Source of the DNA: Candidatus Woesearchaeota archaeon
Lineage (GTDB): Archaea > Nanobdellota > Nanobdellia > Woesearchaeales > GCA-023898365
Direction: 5' to 3'
NCBI GenBank assembly: GCA_023898365.1
Contig: CP060219.1
Span: 932,444 to 996,443, forward strand
DNA length: 64,000 bases
Part shown: piece by piece, positions 8,792 to 17,710 of the stretch
Numbering within the stretch: position 1 is the first letter of the stretch
Layout: the number at the start of each line of letters is the position of its first letter
The notes under the pieces: generated by a model
The model's input: the letters and a program-made list of their open reading frames with translations, nothing else
Databases searched by the model: none
What the model was told of the DNA's origin: nothing
Position numbers and translations under genes: made by a program

Positions 8792-10429
8792 TTAATGAGC
8801 AAACCAAAACGTGTTCTTACTGTCTTTTCTGCAGAATCCAAAGCGTTCAAACTGAATAATTTCACCGTTTGCAAGCTTGGCAACCTCTGCTTCTGCCTTT
8901 CCCGAAACCACAGTCGTATCAGGATTCATCACTGACACCTCAACAAGAGATTCATGAACAGGAAGGAAGTGAATAATTTTCTTGCCCTTCCCTTTAAACT
9001 CTGCAAAATTTTCTGAAACAAAAACAAACGAACCATTCTCCTTTTTCACATTGCAATAATCAATAAGGCGCACCACCTCTCCGTCCTGAATTGCTTCAAC
9101 ATCATCCTTAGCTAAGAAAAACTCATCACAGGTAACCGGCAAGACGCGCTCTTTGTTTTCATCGCTTGGCAATCGCTTAAGATGCACATCCTTTAGCGGC
9201 GCGCCAGTAATCGTTACTTTAGTCAATGGCTCAGGAATGAAAAAATATCGTTTTGCACTCGTATCAAGCACGCGTTTATTATGCATGATTAAATCATCCC
9301 AGGTCAGCATCGATTCGCTCTTTGACAATCCCGTGCTTAAAAGAAAACTTGTCAACGCTTCTGGCGTAAACCCTCGTCTGCGCAAAGCAACCAAGGTGAC
9401 AAGCCGAGGATCATCCCATCCAATGAACTCATGAGCAGCAATCTTCTCTCGAATGGTGCGGCCACTTGTTTCAGCACCCGCAATGTTAAACCTACCAAAC
9501 TCATACGTTTTTGTTACGCGAAGCCCCAGTTTTTCTTGAATCCAATGCTGCAACTCAACACGCAATTCAAACTCTTTGCCGCGAATACGAAACGTGATAC
9601 CATTTTCTGCATCAAGAATGGCCGTAGCAAAATCATACGTAGGCCACGTGCGAAACGCACTTCCAACATGAACATGCGGCTCATCAATGAGGCGAAGAAT
9701 GGTCGGATCAGTCATGGTCGTGTTTTGATGCGCCATATCAATCTTCAAACGAAGCACTGCTTCTCCAGCTCTTGCTTCTTCCAAGAACGAAAACGGTCTG
9801 TTTTCTTGAGCGCATGTACAACGTTCTTTTTTCTTTCTGCCCGCATGCATTTGCTCAGCAGAACACGTGCACACATACGCAAGCTTCTTTTCAAGCAACG
9901 TTTTTGCGTGCGCAATAATTTGAGCAAGATAATCACTTGCGATCACCAGTTTATCCCAAGAAATGCCAAGCCACGTAAGATCTTCTTGAATAATATCATA
10001 AAATTCTTGTTTTGCCAAGAGAGGATTCGTATCGTCAAGGCGCAAAATAAATTGTCCGCCTTTTTGCTTTGCAAGTAAATAGTTCACATACGCTGCCTTT
10101 GCATGACCAAGATGCAAATACTTGCTTGCTTCAGGTGGAAAGCCAGTCACCACCTGATCAGGCAGATCAAGAACCGCAAAGACGTCGCGCTCTTCTTTCT
10201 TTTTCTCAAGACGTGCAGGATCAAGACGTTCGAGTTCGATTCGCTGCTCTTCAACTGAAAGCGCATTTACTTCATCAACAACAGAAGAAAGCAGCGCTTG
10301 CATGCCCTTCATATCTTCTTTGCAAGAAGGAAACTCTTTAACAACCGCGCCGACAAGTGCTTTTGGATTTGCTTTACCATGATAACGAACAGCATTCGTT
10401 AATGCAAGCAATCGAATAAAGTCTTTCAT
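8792..10429 (-). CDS. gltX: Glutamyl-tRNA synthetase, archaeal/eukaryal type
   Basis: Class I HIGH region FPPEASKYLHLGHAKAAYVNY. The 545-aa length and anticodon-binding beta-barrel C-terminus are typical of archaeal GluRS. Confidence 0.88.
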   Translation of the reverse strand: MKDFIRLLALTNAVRYHGKANPKALVGAVVKEFPSCKEDMKGMQALLSSVVDEVNALSVEEQRIELERLDPARLEKKKEERDVFAVLDLPDQVVTGFPPEASKYLHLGHAKAAYVNYLLAKQKGGQFILRLDDTNPLLAKQEFYDIIQEDLTWLGISWDKLVIASDYLAQIIAHAKTLLEKKLAYVCTCSAEQMHAGRKKKERCTCAQENRPFSFLEEARAGEAVLRLKIDMAHQNTTMTDPTILRLIDEPHVHVGSAFRTWPTYDFATAILDAENGITFRIRGKEFELRVELQHWIQEKLGLRVTKTYEFGRFNIAGAETSGRTIREKIAAHEFIGWDDPRLVTLVALRRRGFTPEALTSFLLSTGLSKSESMLTWDDLIMHNKRVLDTSAKRYFFIPEPLTKVTITGAPLKDVHLKRLPSDENKERVLPVTCDEFFLAKDDVEAIQDGEVVRLIDYCNVKKENGSFVFVSENFAEFKGKGKKIIHFLPVHESLVEVSVMNPDTTVVSGKAEAEVAKLANGEIIQFERFGFCRKDSKNTFWFAH

Positions 10430-11535
10430 TTTATAGTCTCAATGGAAATTTTTCCTTTGGAAGCTCTCATAATTACTTCATCATCTTCAGAAATTTTAGA
10501 AAGCTTTGAAATAATTGGTGGAAGCAAAATGCGCGAACCGCGAAATTCGCATGTTGTCACAATATCAGGAGATGCTTCCATGTGTGGCACGGACAAGTCT
10601 TCCATGATTTTTTTCTTCGTCACTTCCTTGCCATCAGCAAGCCATTCCTTTGTTTTTTTTGCAAGATGCGCTGCAATTTTTTGGGCAACATTAACACCCG
10701 TTGATTCGGTAATGCCTTGCAAACCAGGAGAAATATTTGCTTCAAGCACCAGCGGACCCTTGGGACCAATGACAATATCAACACCACAAATTTCTGCACC
10801 AAGATGTTTGGAAAGTTGGATCGCAATTTTTTTCACTTCATCATCAGGATCAAACGCAACCGCATTTCCTCCTTTGTGTAAATTACTGCGCTTATCACCT
10901 TCTTTGCCAATGCGCTTCATGCTTGCAACGACCTTGTCGCCAACAACAAAGACACGAATATCTGTAGAATCTGACTCAACATATTCTTGAATAATAAATG
11001 ATTGATTTAACGAGGTGATAGCATCAAGCACGCTGGTAGCCGTCGCATAGGAATCAATAAAGAGCACACCTTTTCCTTGGGTTCCCTTGGGAAACTTGAA
11101 AATAACCGGATAATTAATCTTTTCCAGAAGCATCTGCGCTGCATCAATCGTTGGAGAAATATATGTTTTTGGCATCGGAATCCCCGCGCGCTGCATCGTC
11201 AAATGTGTGAGTAATTTATCATTAGCAATCTCATACGCTAACGGATCAATAGGCATGTAACATTTATTCTTGAGCAGCTCTGCCAATGTTTTAAGCAAGT
11301 CCGTATAGCGAAATGAACCTTTCAAATAGACGGCGTCATACGTAGGAAGTTTCTTTCCCTTATAGAGCACTTCAGATGTTTGGCCGCTAAAATTAATTTC
11401 GATAAACTTTAAGTTAAGATCATCAACTTCATCAAAATATTCTGAAAGCGCTTGCGCTGTCCAAACACTCGAAGTTGACTGCATACTAATCAGAGCACAT
11501 TTCATAACTAAACTACCTCGTCGGATCAATAACAA
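10426..11535 (-). CDS. rimK: RimK-family ATP-grasp alpha-L-glutamate ligase with a C-terminal extension
   Basis: ATP-grasp pattern (PVIFKFPKGTQGKGV, IIQEYV, GAEICGVDIV...LEANISPG). The more likely start is MKCALIS at 11505. An extra ~80 aa lies at the C-terminus. The stop overlaps the gltX start (ATGA). Confidence 0.82.
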   Translation of the reverse strand: MLLIRRGSLVMKCALISMQSTSSVWTAQALSEYFDEVDDLNLKFIEINFSGQTSEVLYKGKKLPTYDAVYLKGSFRYTDLLKTLAELLKNKCYMPIDPLAYEIANDKLLTHLTMQRAGIPMPKTYISPTIDAAQMLLEKINYPVIFKFPKGTQGKGVLFIDSYATATSVLDAITSLNQSFIIQEYVESDSTDIRVFVVGDKVVASMKRIGKEGDKRSNLHKGGNAVAFDPDDEVKKIAIQLSKHLGAEICGVDIVIGPKGPLVLEANISPGLQGITESTGVNVAQKIAAHLAKKTKEWLADGKEVTKKKIMEDLSVPHMEASPDIVTTCEFRGSRILLPPIISKLSKISEDDEVIMRASKGKISIETIK

Positions 11536-11965
11536 AATCTCCTTGTGTTAAAATATTCTGACCAATAAGAAGCGGATACGTTAAGTGGCTGCGATCAGCA
11601 AGAGAGAACAAGCCTTTCAAACGATGGCCTTCAAGCACAAGCTCAACCTCAACAAGAGGACGCACCTTTGATCCATGCGCGTTGCGAATAACGCTTGAGC
11701 GAAGCACGGGGCCGATACCAAGTTTTTTTGCCACGCCAAAATCAATAGACGATTTTGTAGCTCCCGTATCCACCTTAGCAATAAGCTCAATATGCTCCTT
11801 ATCTGATGAGAGATTATCAACATGACCGTTCTCTCCCGAACCCATCTGCACATCTTGGAGTTTACCATTGCGCTTAAAGACTTTGACACGTTCAACTAAT
11901 CCAATGATCGAGCGAGTCTTACCATCGACCTCTACTACTGCTTGTTTATTCTTCGTCGGTTGCAT
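11513..11965 (-). CDS. Retropepsin-like aspartic protease (RimK-associated 'ATP-dependent zinc protease' family, RimB-like)
   Basis: AKVDTGATKSSID carries a DTG active-site motif. LADRSHLTYPLLIGQNIL..FVIDP matches the family that accompanies rimK in bacteria. The gene overlaps the lysS stop by 20 nt. Confidence 0.8.
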   Translation of the reverse strand: MQPTKNKQAVVEVDGKTRSIIGLVERVKVFKRNGKLQDVQMGSGENGHVDNLSSDKEHIELIAKVDTGATKSSIDFGVAKKLGIGPVLRSSVIRNAHGSKVRPLVEVELVLEGHRLKGLFSLADRSHLTYPLLIGQNILTQGDFVIDPTR

Positions 11966-13460
11966 TTTTTAATAGGGGAAAGAGAAGAACATCTCTAATG
12001 GAAGGAACATTGGCAAACACCATGGCAAGGCGATCAACACCAAGACCAACACCACCTGTTGGTGGCATGCCATATTCCATAGCGGTAATAAACGCTTCAT
12101 CCATGGGATGCGCCTCATCATCGCCTTCTTCCTTTTCTTTCACTTGCTGCTCGAACAGCTCACGCTGGCGAATTGGATCGTTTAACTCACTGTACGCATT
12201 TGCAATCTCCCACGTGTTTATGTACGATTCGAAGCGCTCAATAATACCCTTCTCACCATCACGCTTTTCCTTGCACAGAGGAGTAGACTCCACCGGATGA
12301 TCAATAATGTGGATTGGCTGGACAAGATTATCCTCGCACAATTCTTCAAACAGCGCTTGCATGACTTTACCAGGAGAAGAGATGCCCGCAATGTTCAACG
12401 AATACTTCTTGATGTACTCGTCAAGTTTTGACTCATCAAAATCGATTTGTGCAAACTCCTTCAACGCATCTTTCATGCGCAATCGTTTCCAAGGAGCCTT
12501 CACATCAATAACGTTGCCTTGAAAAGGAAGTTTTGTCGTGCCATGAATTTTCATTGCGGCAAACTCAATGATTTCCTCAACTAACGACATCATATCCGTA
12601 TAATCTTTATATGCCCAGTACGCTTCAACCTGGGTAAATTCTGGGTTGTGGGTCTTATCAACACCTTCGTTGCGAAAGTCCGTTGAAAACTCAAAGACGC
12701 CCGTAAACCCGCCCATGATGAGACGTTTTAAGTACAACTCATTTGAGATGCGCAAATACATGGTCGTCTTGAGTGTGTTATGGAATGTAGTAAATGGTCG
12801 TGCAGCGCCGCCACCATAGACGGGCTGTAAAATAGGTGTTTGCGCTTCAAAAAAACCCTTCTGAACAAAGAATTCTCTAAATGCATCAATCAGTTGCTGA
12901 CGAATAATAAATCCTTGACGTGTCTCAGGATTCATGACCAAGTCCAAATATCTTTGACGATAACGCAATTCAGGATCTTTAAGACCGTGATACTTCTCAG
13001 GAAGTGGTCGAATGGTTTTTGTCAAGAGTTCAAACGACTTCGTGCGCACAGATAATTCACCTGTTTTTGTAGTAAACACCGCGCCTTTCACACCAACAAA
13101 ATCGCCAAGATCGAGCTTTTTTAGAAGACTGTACGCGTCTGCGCCCACTTCATCCTCGCGAACATACACTTGCAATTTGACGCCATTTTCATACAACGTC
13201 ATAAACGACGCCTTGCCCATCTTGCGCATCGTCATGATGCGACCAGCAACACAAACGTCCTTTCCCGTATCCGTATGAGGTTCAAGACCCGTAAATTCAG
13301 CTCTCACCGCCTCAAGACTGTGAGAAACATCATACCGATACGGATAGGGATTAATGCCGGCCTCTTTAAGTTCCTTTAGTTTGCGCAGACGCTCCGCCAC
13401 TAAACTATTTTCATCAGGAACAACTGGTTCACGAGGTTCTTTACCACTCATAACGCGCAT
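11946..13460 (-). CDS. lysS: Lysyl-tRNA synthetase, class II
   Basis: Its N-terminus ERLRKLKELKEAGINPYPYRY precedes an OB-fold anticodon-binding domain. Class II motifs are present (FRNEG, GGVGLGVDRLAMV). Confidence 0.92.
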   Translation of the reverse strand: MRVMSGKEPREPVVPDENSLVAERLRKLKELKEAGINPYPYRYDVSHSLEAVRAEFTGLEPHTDTGKDVCVAGRIMTMRKMGKASFMTLYENGVKLQVYVREDEVGADAYSLLKKLDLGDFVGVKGAVFTTKTGELSVRTKSFELLTKTIRPLPEKYHGLKDPELRYRQRYLDLVMNPETRQGFIIRQQLIDAFREFFVQKGFFEAQTPILQPVYGGGAARPFTTFHNTLKTTMYLRISNELYLKRLIMGGFTGVFEFSTDFRNEGVDKTHNPEFTQVEAYWAYKDYTDMMSLVEEIIEFAAMKIHGTTKLPFQGNVIDVKAPWKRLRMKDALKEFAQIDFDESKLDEYIKKYSLNIAGISSPGKVMQALFEELCEDNLVQPIHIIDHPVESTPLCKEKRDGEKGIIERFESYINTWEIANAYSELNDPIRQRELFEQQVKEKEEGDDEAHPMDEAFITAMEYGMPPTGGVGLGVDRLAMVFANVPSIRDVLLFPLLKNATDEE

Positions 13461-13501
13461 AACTCAGTCATAGCTTAAAAAGGTTACGTGAAAGAAGAAA
13501 C

Positions 13502-13577
13502 TAGCGGGGGGAGGATTTGAACCTCCGACCTCAGGGTTATGAGCCCTGCGGGCACTCCTAGCTGCCCTACCCCGCTA
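13502..13577 (-). tRNA. tRNA-Met (CAT), initiator type
   Basis: The reverse complement folds by hand as AGCGGGG-TA-GGGC-AGCTAGGAGT-GCCC-G-CAGGG-CTCATAA-CCCTG-AGGTC-GGAGG-TTCAAAT-CCTCC-CCCCGCT-A. The A1:U72 pair and three G:C pairs closing the anticodon stem are initiator hallmarks. CCA is not encoded. Confidence 0.85.
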
Positions 13578-13600
13578 TACCTTTCGTGGAACACGAGCTC

Positions 13601-13610
13601 TTTTATAAAT
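13601..13610 (-). promoter_or_regulatory. TATA box (ATTTATAAAA on the minus strand) about 24-33 nt upstream of tRNA-iMet
   Basis: The sequence ttttataaat lies at the archaeal TATA distance from the tRNA 5' end at 13577. Confidence 0.5.
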
Positions 13611-13611
13611 G

Positions 13612-14661
13612 CTACGGATTGCCGCGAATAATCTTTTCAACAACGGTTCGTGAAGCAGTCGTCTTAATAGCTGATAAACAGAAATGAGTTCTTGACGCAA
13701 GAAATCCTTTGTTCTTAAGCGCTGCAAGCAAGACATCTATTTTGATGGGCTCGCCAGTCTTTAACTCGCTTGCTAAGGTGTGCGTGTCATAATATCCGAC
13801 AACATCAAGTTCATTTTTCAAGAATTGAAACTCGGTACGCGGATGATCGATCTTCGCAATAAGCGCGGCATCTTTTAAGGGACCTGTCCAGATTGGCCCA
13901 TACTGCTTGCCGTTTTTTTCATACAGCTGATGTTGTTCTAAGATCGCATCAACTTTTTTCTTGCCCGTTTCAAAGCGAAAGAACCCGCGCATGTAATGAT
14001 CAAGCGTGTAGGATAATACTGGTGTTAACGCCTTATCGAACTGCGCTCCTAACAACTGCACCTTCCTAACTAAGATGCGAAGACCGATCTCGTGCATTTC
14101 TTCATCATGCAAAGGATTTGCCCAGTATTTGCGTTTGCACGCATCGCGGTACGTGCCACATAACGCGCTCGTGTCAGTTGCTGTTACAGCAACGATGCCT
14201 CCTCGACGCGTTCGCGAGAGTGCTGCACCTAAGAACTGATTGGGAGAACCAAACGGATCAATATCAACATAATCAAATCCTTTTGAAGCAAGCAAAAATT
14301 CATTCGCGTCAACTGAGGAGAGGGAGAATTGTTTGAGCGCAAACTTATTTTCCTTAATAGATTGTTTTACTGAAGTAACAAAGACTGGATTATGATCATT
14401 CATTGAAATATGCTCAACACGAGCGCATTCCTTTGCCATGCGCAACCCCCGAACGCCGCTGCCTGCAAGTGGAAGCCCAACAGTAAACGGTGAAGAAAAA
14501 TACGCATTCACCACAGCAACAGAAACATCTCTATTAAACTGCATGCGAGGATTGTAAAACACAGGATCGTTACGGCGCACCGTCTCTTTTTGCTCCCAAA
14601 AAAATGTAACGCCGTTCTCTTTAGCCCGAGATAGATTCATTCTAAGAAAAACGCAGAGCAA
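13612..14661 (-). CDS. trm1: tRNA (guanine26-N2)-dimethyltransferase Trm1
   Basis: The signature motif FYNPRMQFNRDVSV is present, along with a SAM-MTase core (DIDPFGSP). Confidence 0.88.
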   Translation of the reverse strand: MLCVFLRMNLSRAKENGVTFFWEQKETVRRNDPVFYNPRMQFNRDVSVAVVNAYFSSPFTVGLPLAGSGVRGLRMAKECARVEHISMNDHNPVFVTSVKQSIKENKFALKQFSLSSVDANEFLLASKGFDYVDIDPFGSPNQFLGAALSRTRRGGIVAVTATDTSALCGTYRDACKRKYWANPLHDEEMHEIGLRILVRKVQLLGAQFDKALTPVLSYTLDHYMRGFFRFETGKKKVDAILEQHQLYEKNGKQYGPIWTGPLKDAALIAKIDHPRTEFQFLKNELDVVGYYDTHTLASELKTGEPIKIDVLLAALKNKGFLASRTHFCLSAIKTTASRTVVEKIIRGNP

Positions 14662-14690
14662 ATACCTTTTTAAACTTTCTTACAACTCGC

Positions 14691-16454
14691 ATGTACATGG
14701 CAAGTAGAGCTCCCATCGTATCGGTTCTTGGTCACGTCGATCACGGAAAATCCAGTATTCTTGACGCGATCAGAGGAACGAATATCATTGCGGGAGAAGC
14801 TGGCGGTATCACCCAAGCAATTGGCGCTTCAATCATTCCCATTCATACCATTAAAAAAATGTGCGGGGCACTCCTTGATACGTTGCACATGGATTTTACC
14901 ATTCCAGGCGTTCTCTTTGTCGACACACCAGGACATGCAGCATTTACGAGCCTACGCAAACGAGGCGGCGCACTTGCAGACATTGCCATTCTTGTTATTG
15001 ATATAAATGAAGGGTTTCGACCACAAACAAAAGAAGCAATTGAAATACTCAAAAACGCGAAAACGCCCTTTCTTATCGCTGCAAACAAACTTGATCTTCT
15101 TGGAGGATTTCGAAAAACCGACTCTTCCTGCCTTGCAAGCATTGCAAAACAAACACCTGAAGTTCAACAAAAAATCGAAGAAAAACTCTACCTGCTCGTT
15201 GGTTCATTATATGACGAATTCGGATTACAAGCAGACCGATTCGATCGCGTTGATGATTACACGCAAAAAATAGCAATCATTCCGGTCAGTGCCAAAGAAC
15301 ACATTGGGCTGCAAGAACTGCTCATGATTCTCACCGGCCTTGCACAAAAATTCCTTGAACAAAACCTCCTCGTTTCTCTTAAAGGTCCGGCAAAAGGAAC
15401 CATTGTTGAAGTAAAAGAAGAAAAAGGATTAGGAAAAACGGTTGATGTTATCATATACGATGGCACGCTTCGTGTTGGAGAAAAAGTGCTTATTGGCACG
15501 CTTAGCGGTGTCAAAACCTGTAAAGTTAGATCTCTCTTTGAACCAAATCCTTTGCACGACATGCGCGATAAACATTCCAAATACCGTCCAGTAAAAGAAG
15601 TAACTGCGGCAACAGGTGTTAAACTATCTTCACCTGATTTTGATGATTCAATCATTGCAGGACTTCCCATTCGCGGATTTACTAACGATGAAGATGCCAT
15701 TAGAGAAAGCATCGAGCAAGAAATGAGTGAAGCAAGTATCATCACCGACCAAACAGGTATTGTTGTTAAAGCAGACACGCTTGGTAGTCTTGAAGCAATC
15801 GCAAAACTCTTCTCAGAAAAAGGATTTTCAATAAAAAAAGCAGAAGTAGGAGATATATCAAAAAAAGATTTTGCTGATGCAGAAGCAAACTTTGACGAAA
15901 GCCCTCAAGAAGCAGTCATTATTGGCTTTAATGTGAAAGCAACAGAATCAACTGACCGAGTCAAAGTAATCACGGGCGGTGTCATTTACAAATTACTTGA
16001 CGATTTAGAACTCTGGGTCAAAGAACAAGAAGAAGCGCAAAAAGCAAGAGAACTTGATGGCGTTACCAAGCCGTTCATGCTTGAAGTCTTACAAAATTCC
16101 TGCATCCGCGCGTCAAACCCCTTGATTGTTGGCATTGAAGTAATACGCGGAACGCTACGATCAGGAACGCGCCTTATTAGCGAAAAAGGAGAAGAACGAG
16201 GCGTTGTCAAGAGCATCCAATCAAATCGCGAAAATGTGCATGCCGCAGAACGAGGACGACAAGTAGCAATCAGCATTCCCGCCATGACATTTAACCGACA
16301 AATCTGTGAAGAACACCTCCTCTTTTCAGATCTGTCCGAAAGTGAATTTCGAAAACTCAAAGATTTGCAACGATTTCTAACAGGAGAAGAAAAAGAAGTG
16401 CTCAAACGCATTGCAGAAATAAAACGACAGGATAATCCTGTCTGGGGCGTGTGA
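14691..16454 (+). CDS. infB: Translation initiation factor aIF5B (IF-2 family GTPase)
   Basis: G1 is LGHVDHGKSS, G3 is DTPGH and G4 is NKLD. The 587-aa archaeal aIF5B architecture is present. Confidence 0.92.
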   Translation: MYMASRAPIVSVLGHVDHGKSSILDAIRGTNIIAGEAGGITQAIGASIIPIHTIKKMCGALLDTLHMDFTIPGVLFVDTPGHAAFTSLRKRGGALADIAILVIDINEGFRPQTKEAIEILKNAKTPFLIAANKLDLLGGFRKTDSSCLASIAKQTPEVQQKIEEKLYLLVGSLYDEFGLQADRFDRVDDYTQKIAIIPVSAKEHIGLQELLMILTGLAQKFLEQNLLVSLKGPAKGTIVEVKEEKGLGKTVDVIIYDGTLRVGEKVLIGTLSGVKTCKVRSLFEPNPLHDMRDKHSKYRPVKEVTAATGVKLSSPDFDDSIIAGLPIRGFTNDEDAIRESIEQEMSEASIITDQTGIVVKADTLGSLEAIAKLFSEKGFSIKKAEVGDISKKDFADAEANFDESPQEAVIIGFNVKATESTDRVKVITGGVIYKLLDDLELWVKEQEEAQKARELDGVTKPFMLEVLQNSCIRASNPLIVGIEVIRGTLRSGTRLISEKGEERGVVKSIQSNRENVHAAERGRQVAISIPAMTFNRQICEEHLLFSDLSESEFRKLKDLQRFLTGEEKEVLKRIAEIKRQDNPVWGV

Positions 16455-16963
16455 GTATGTCGCTGCGCAATCTTTCCATCTTAAATTCTAAAGAAGTAAA
16501 ACTCATCTTTAAAGATTTGCAAGAAAAATTCGGTGTTGAAGAAAAACGGCTTCCTTTTGTTTTTCTCAAAAACAGCAAGGACAGAATATTCTTAGTGAAT
16601 AAAGAAATTGAACTCGTCGATCTTGACGCGATCCGCGTTGACCTTATCGGCCTCTACATCGGCACCATCCAATCCGATGGCATGCGGTTATCTATCGAAG
16701 GCTCGCAACTCATCGCGCCACTTGCTTCAAAGAACGTTCTTGAACTTACGAAGAGTCAACGAGATGAATGGATAAAAGGACACGATCAGCCTTTTGCAGA
16801 AGAAGGATCACGAACAGTCATTGTCACGTATGCAGGCGACGTTCTTGGTTGTGGAAAAATCAAAAACAAAACCTTATTAAATTATGTTCCGAAAAGTCGA
16901 AGATTAGTAGTCATTAATGAACGAGAGGTGCACGATGGAGCCGTTTCCTGTAATCATTGTTAA
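16451..16963 (+). CDS. NIP7-like PUA-domain protein (ribosome biogenesis)
   Basis: ATGA-type overlap with infB. The ~170-aa two-domain layout and the motifs IGLYIGTI and VIVTYAGDVLGCGKIK...YVPKSRRL parallel archaeal Nip7 homologues, from memory of the Pyrococcus protein. Confidence 0.5.
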   Translation: MSMSLRNLSILNSKEVKLIFKDLQEKFGVEEKRLPFVFLKNSKDRIFLVNKEIELVDLDAIRVDLIGLYIGTIQSDGMRLSIEGSQLIAPLASKNVLELTKSQRDEWIKGHDQPFAEEGSRTVIVTYAGDVLGCGKIKNKTLLNYVPKSRRLVVINEREVHDGAVSCNHC

Positions 16964-17657
16964 CTTTAAGAATTATCCGCAAAGCATTGGCGAAAGCGGC
17001 AAGGCACTTGCAAAAATACTTGAGCGCGCCGCAGAAGAGTTACGCATCAACATCATTCTTGCAGTTAGCCCAGTTGAAGTGCATGCCATTTCAGAAGCGG
17101 TCTCTCTTGACGTCTTCTCAGAACATGTCGATCATGATGGTCAAGGAGCGCACACCGGAAAGATAACGCCCGAAGACTTGCTTGCAAATGGTGCGCGTGG
17201 CGTGCTTATTAACCATTCTGAAGATCCAGAACATCTCAACGTTATTGAAGAGGCGGTACGTGCGTGTCGTGCCCTCGGATTACAAACGATCGTCTGTGTT
17301 CCTGATGCGGAGCAAGCAGCAACCGTCGCTCCCTTTCGACCAGACTTTATCGCGGTTGAGCCACCAGAATTAATTAGTAGCGAAGTGGCATCAATTGCTA
17401 CGGCACGACCTGAACTTATTCAAGACACCGTTGAAGCTGTCAGTTCAATCACTGAAGTTCCCGTTCTTTGCGGTGCTGGCGTCAAATCAGCACTTGACAC
17501 CAGAATTTCGTTCGAACTTGGCGCGCAAGGAATTCTCGTTGCAAGTGCCGTGGTAAAAAGCCCTGATCCTGCAACAGTAATTAAAGATTTTGTCGTAGGC
17601 TTCGCTCTTGCACTTGAAGCGCGAGAACACGCAGAAGACGAAGAAGCAGACGAATGA
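16935..17657 (+). CDS. tpiA: Triosephosphate isomerase, archaeal type
   Basis: PVIIVNFKNYPQS, the catalytic region LINHSE and AVEPPELI are present. I chose the ATG at 16935 over the listed 16917. The protein has an acidic C-terminal tail. Confidence 0.85.
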   Translation: MEPFPVIIVNFKNYPQSIGESGKALAKILERAAEELRINIILAVSPVEVHAISEAVSLDVFSEHVDHDGQGAHTGKITPEDLLANGARGVLINHSEDPEHLNVIEEAVRACRALGLQTIVCVPDAEQAATVAPFRPDFIAVEPPELISSEVASIATARPELIQDTVEAVSSITEVPVLCGAGVKSALDTRISFELGAQGILVASAVVKSPDPATVIKDFVVGFALALEAREHAEDEEADE

Positions 17658-17710
17658 ACCCAAACATTTAAATAAAGGGACGGTCATAGAACTCATAGTA
17701 CGTTTGAGGT

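Noticed and set aside
9431-10078. 215-aa plus-strand ORF
   Set aside because: It lies entirely inside and antisense to gltX and shows low-complexity shadow-frame composition.
10442-10990. 182-aa plus-strand ORF
   Set aside because: It is antisense to rimK, which carries clear ATP-grasp motifs.
15257-15778. 173-aa minus-strand ORF, plus smaller ORFs at 14728-15276 and 15986-16411
   Set aside because: All are embedded in the aIF5B gene, either antisense or out of frame.
16917-16934. Upstream start listed for tpiA (MNERCT...)
   Set aside because: It would extend the overlap with the preceding gene. The ATG at 16935 gives the conserved archaeal TIM N-terminus (MEPFPVIIVNFK).
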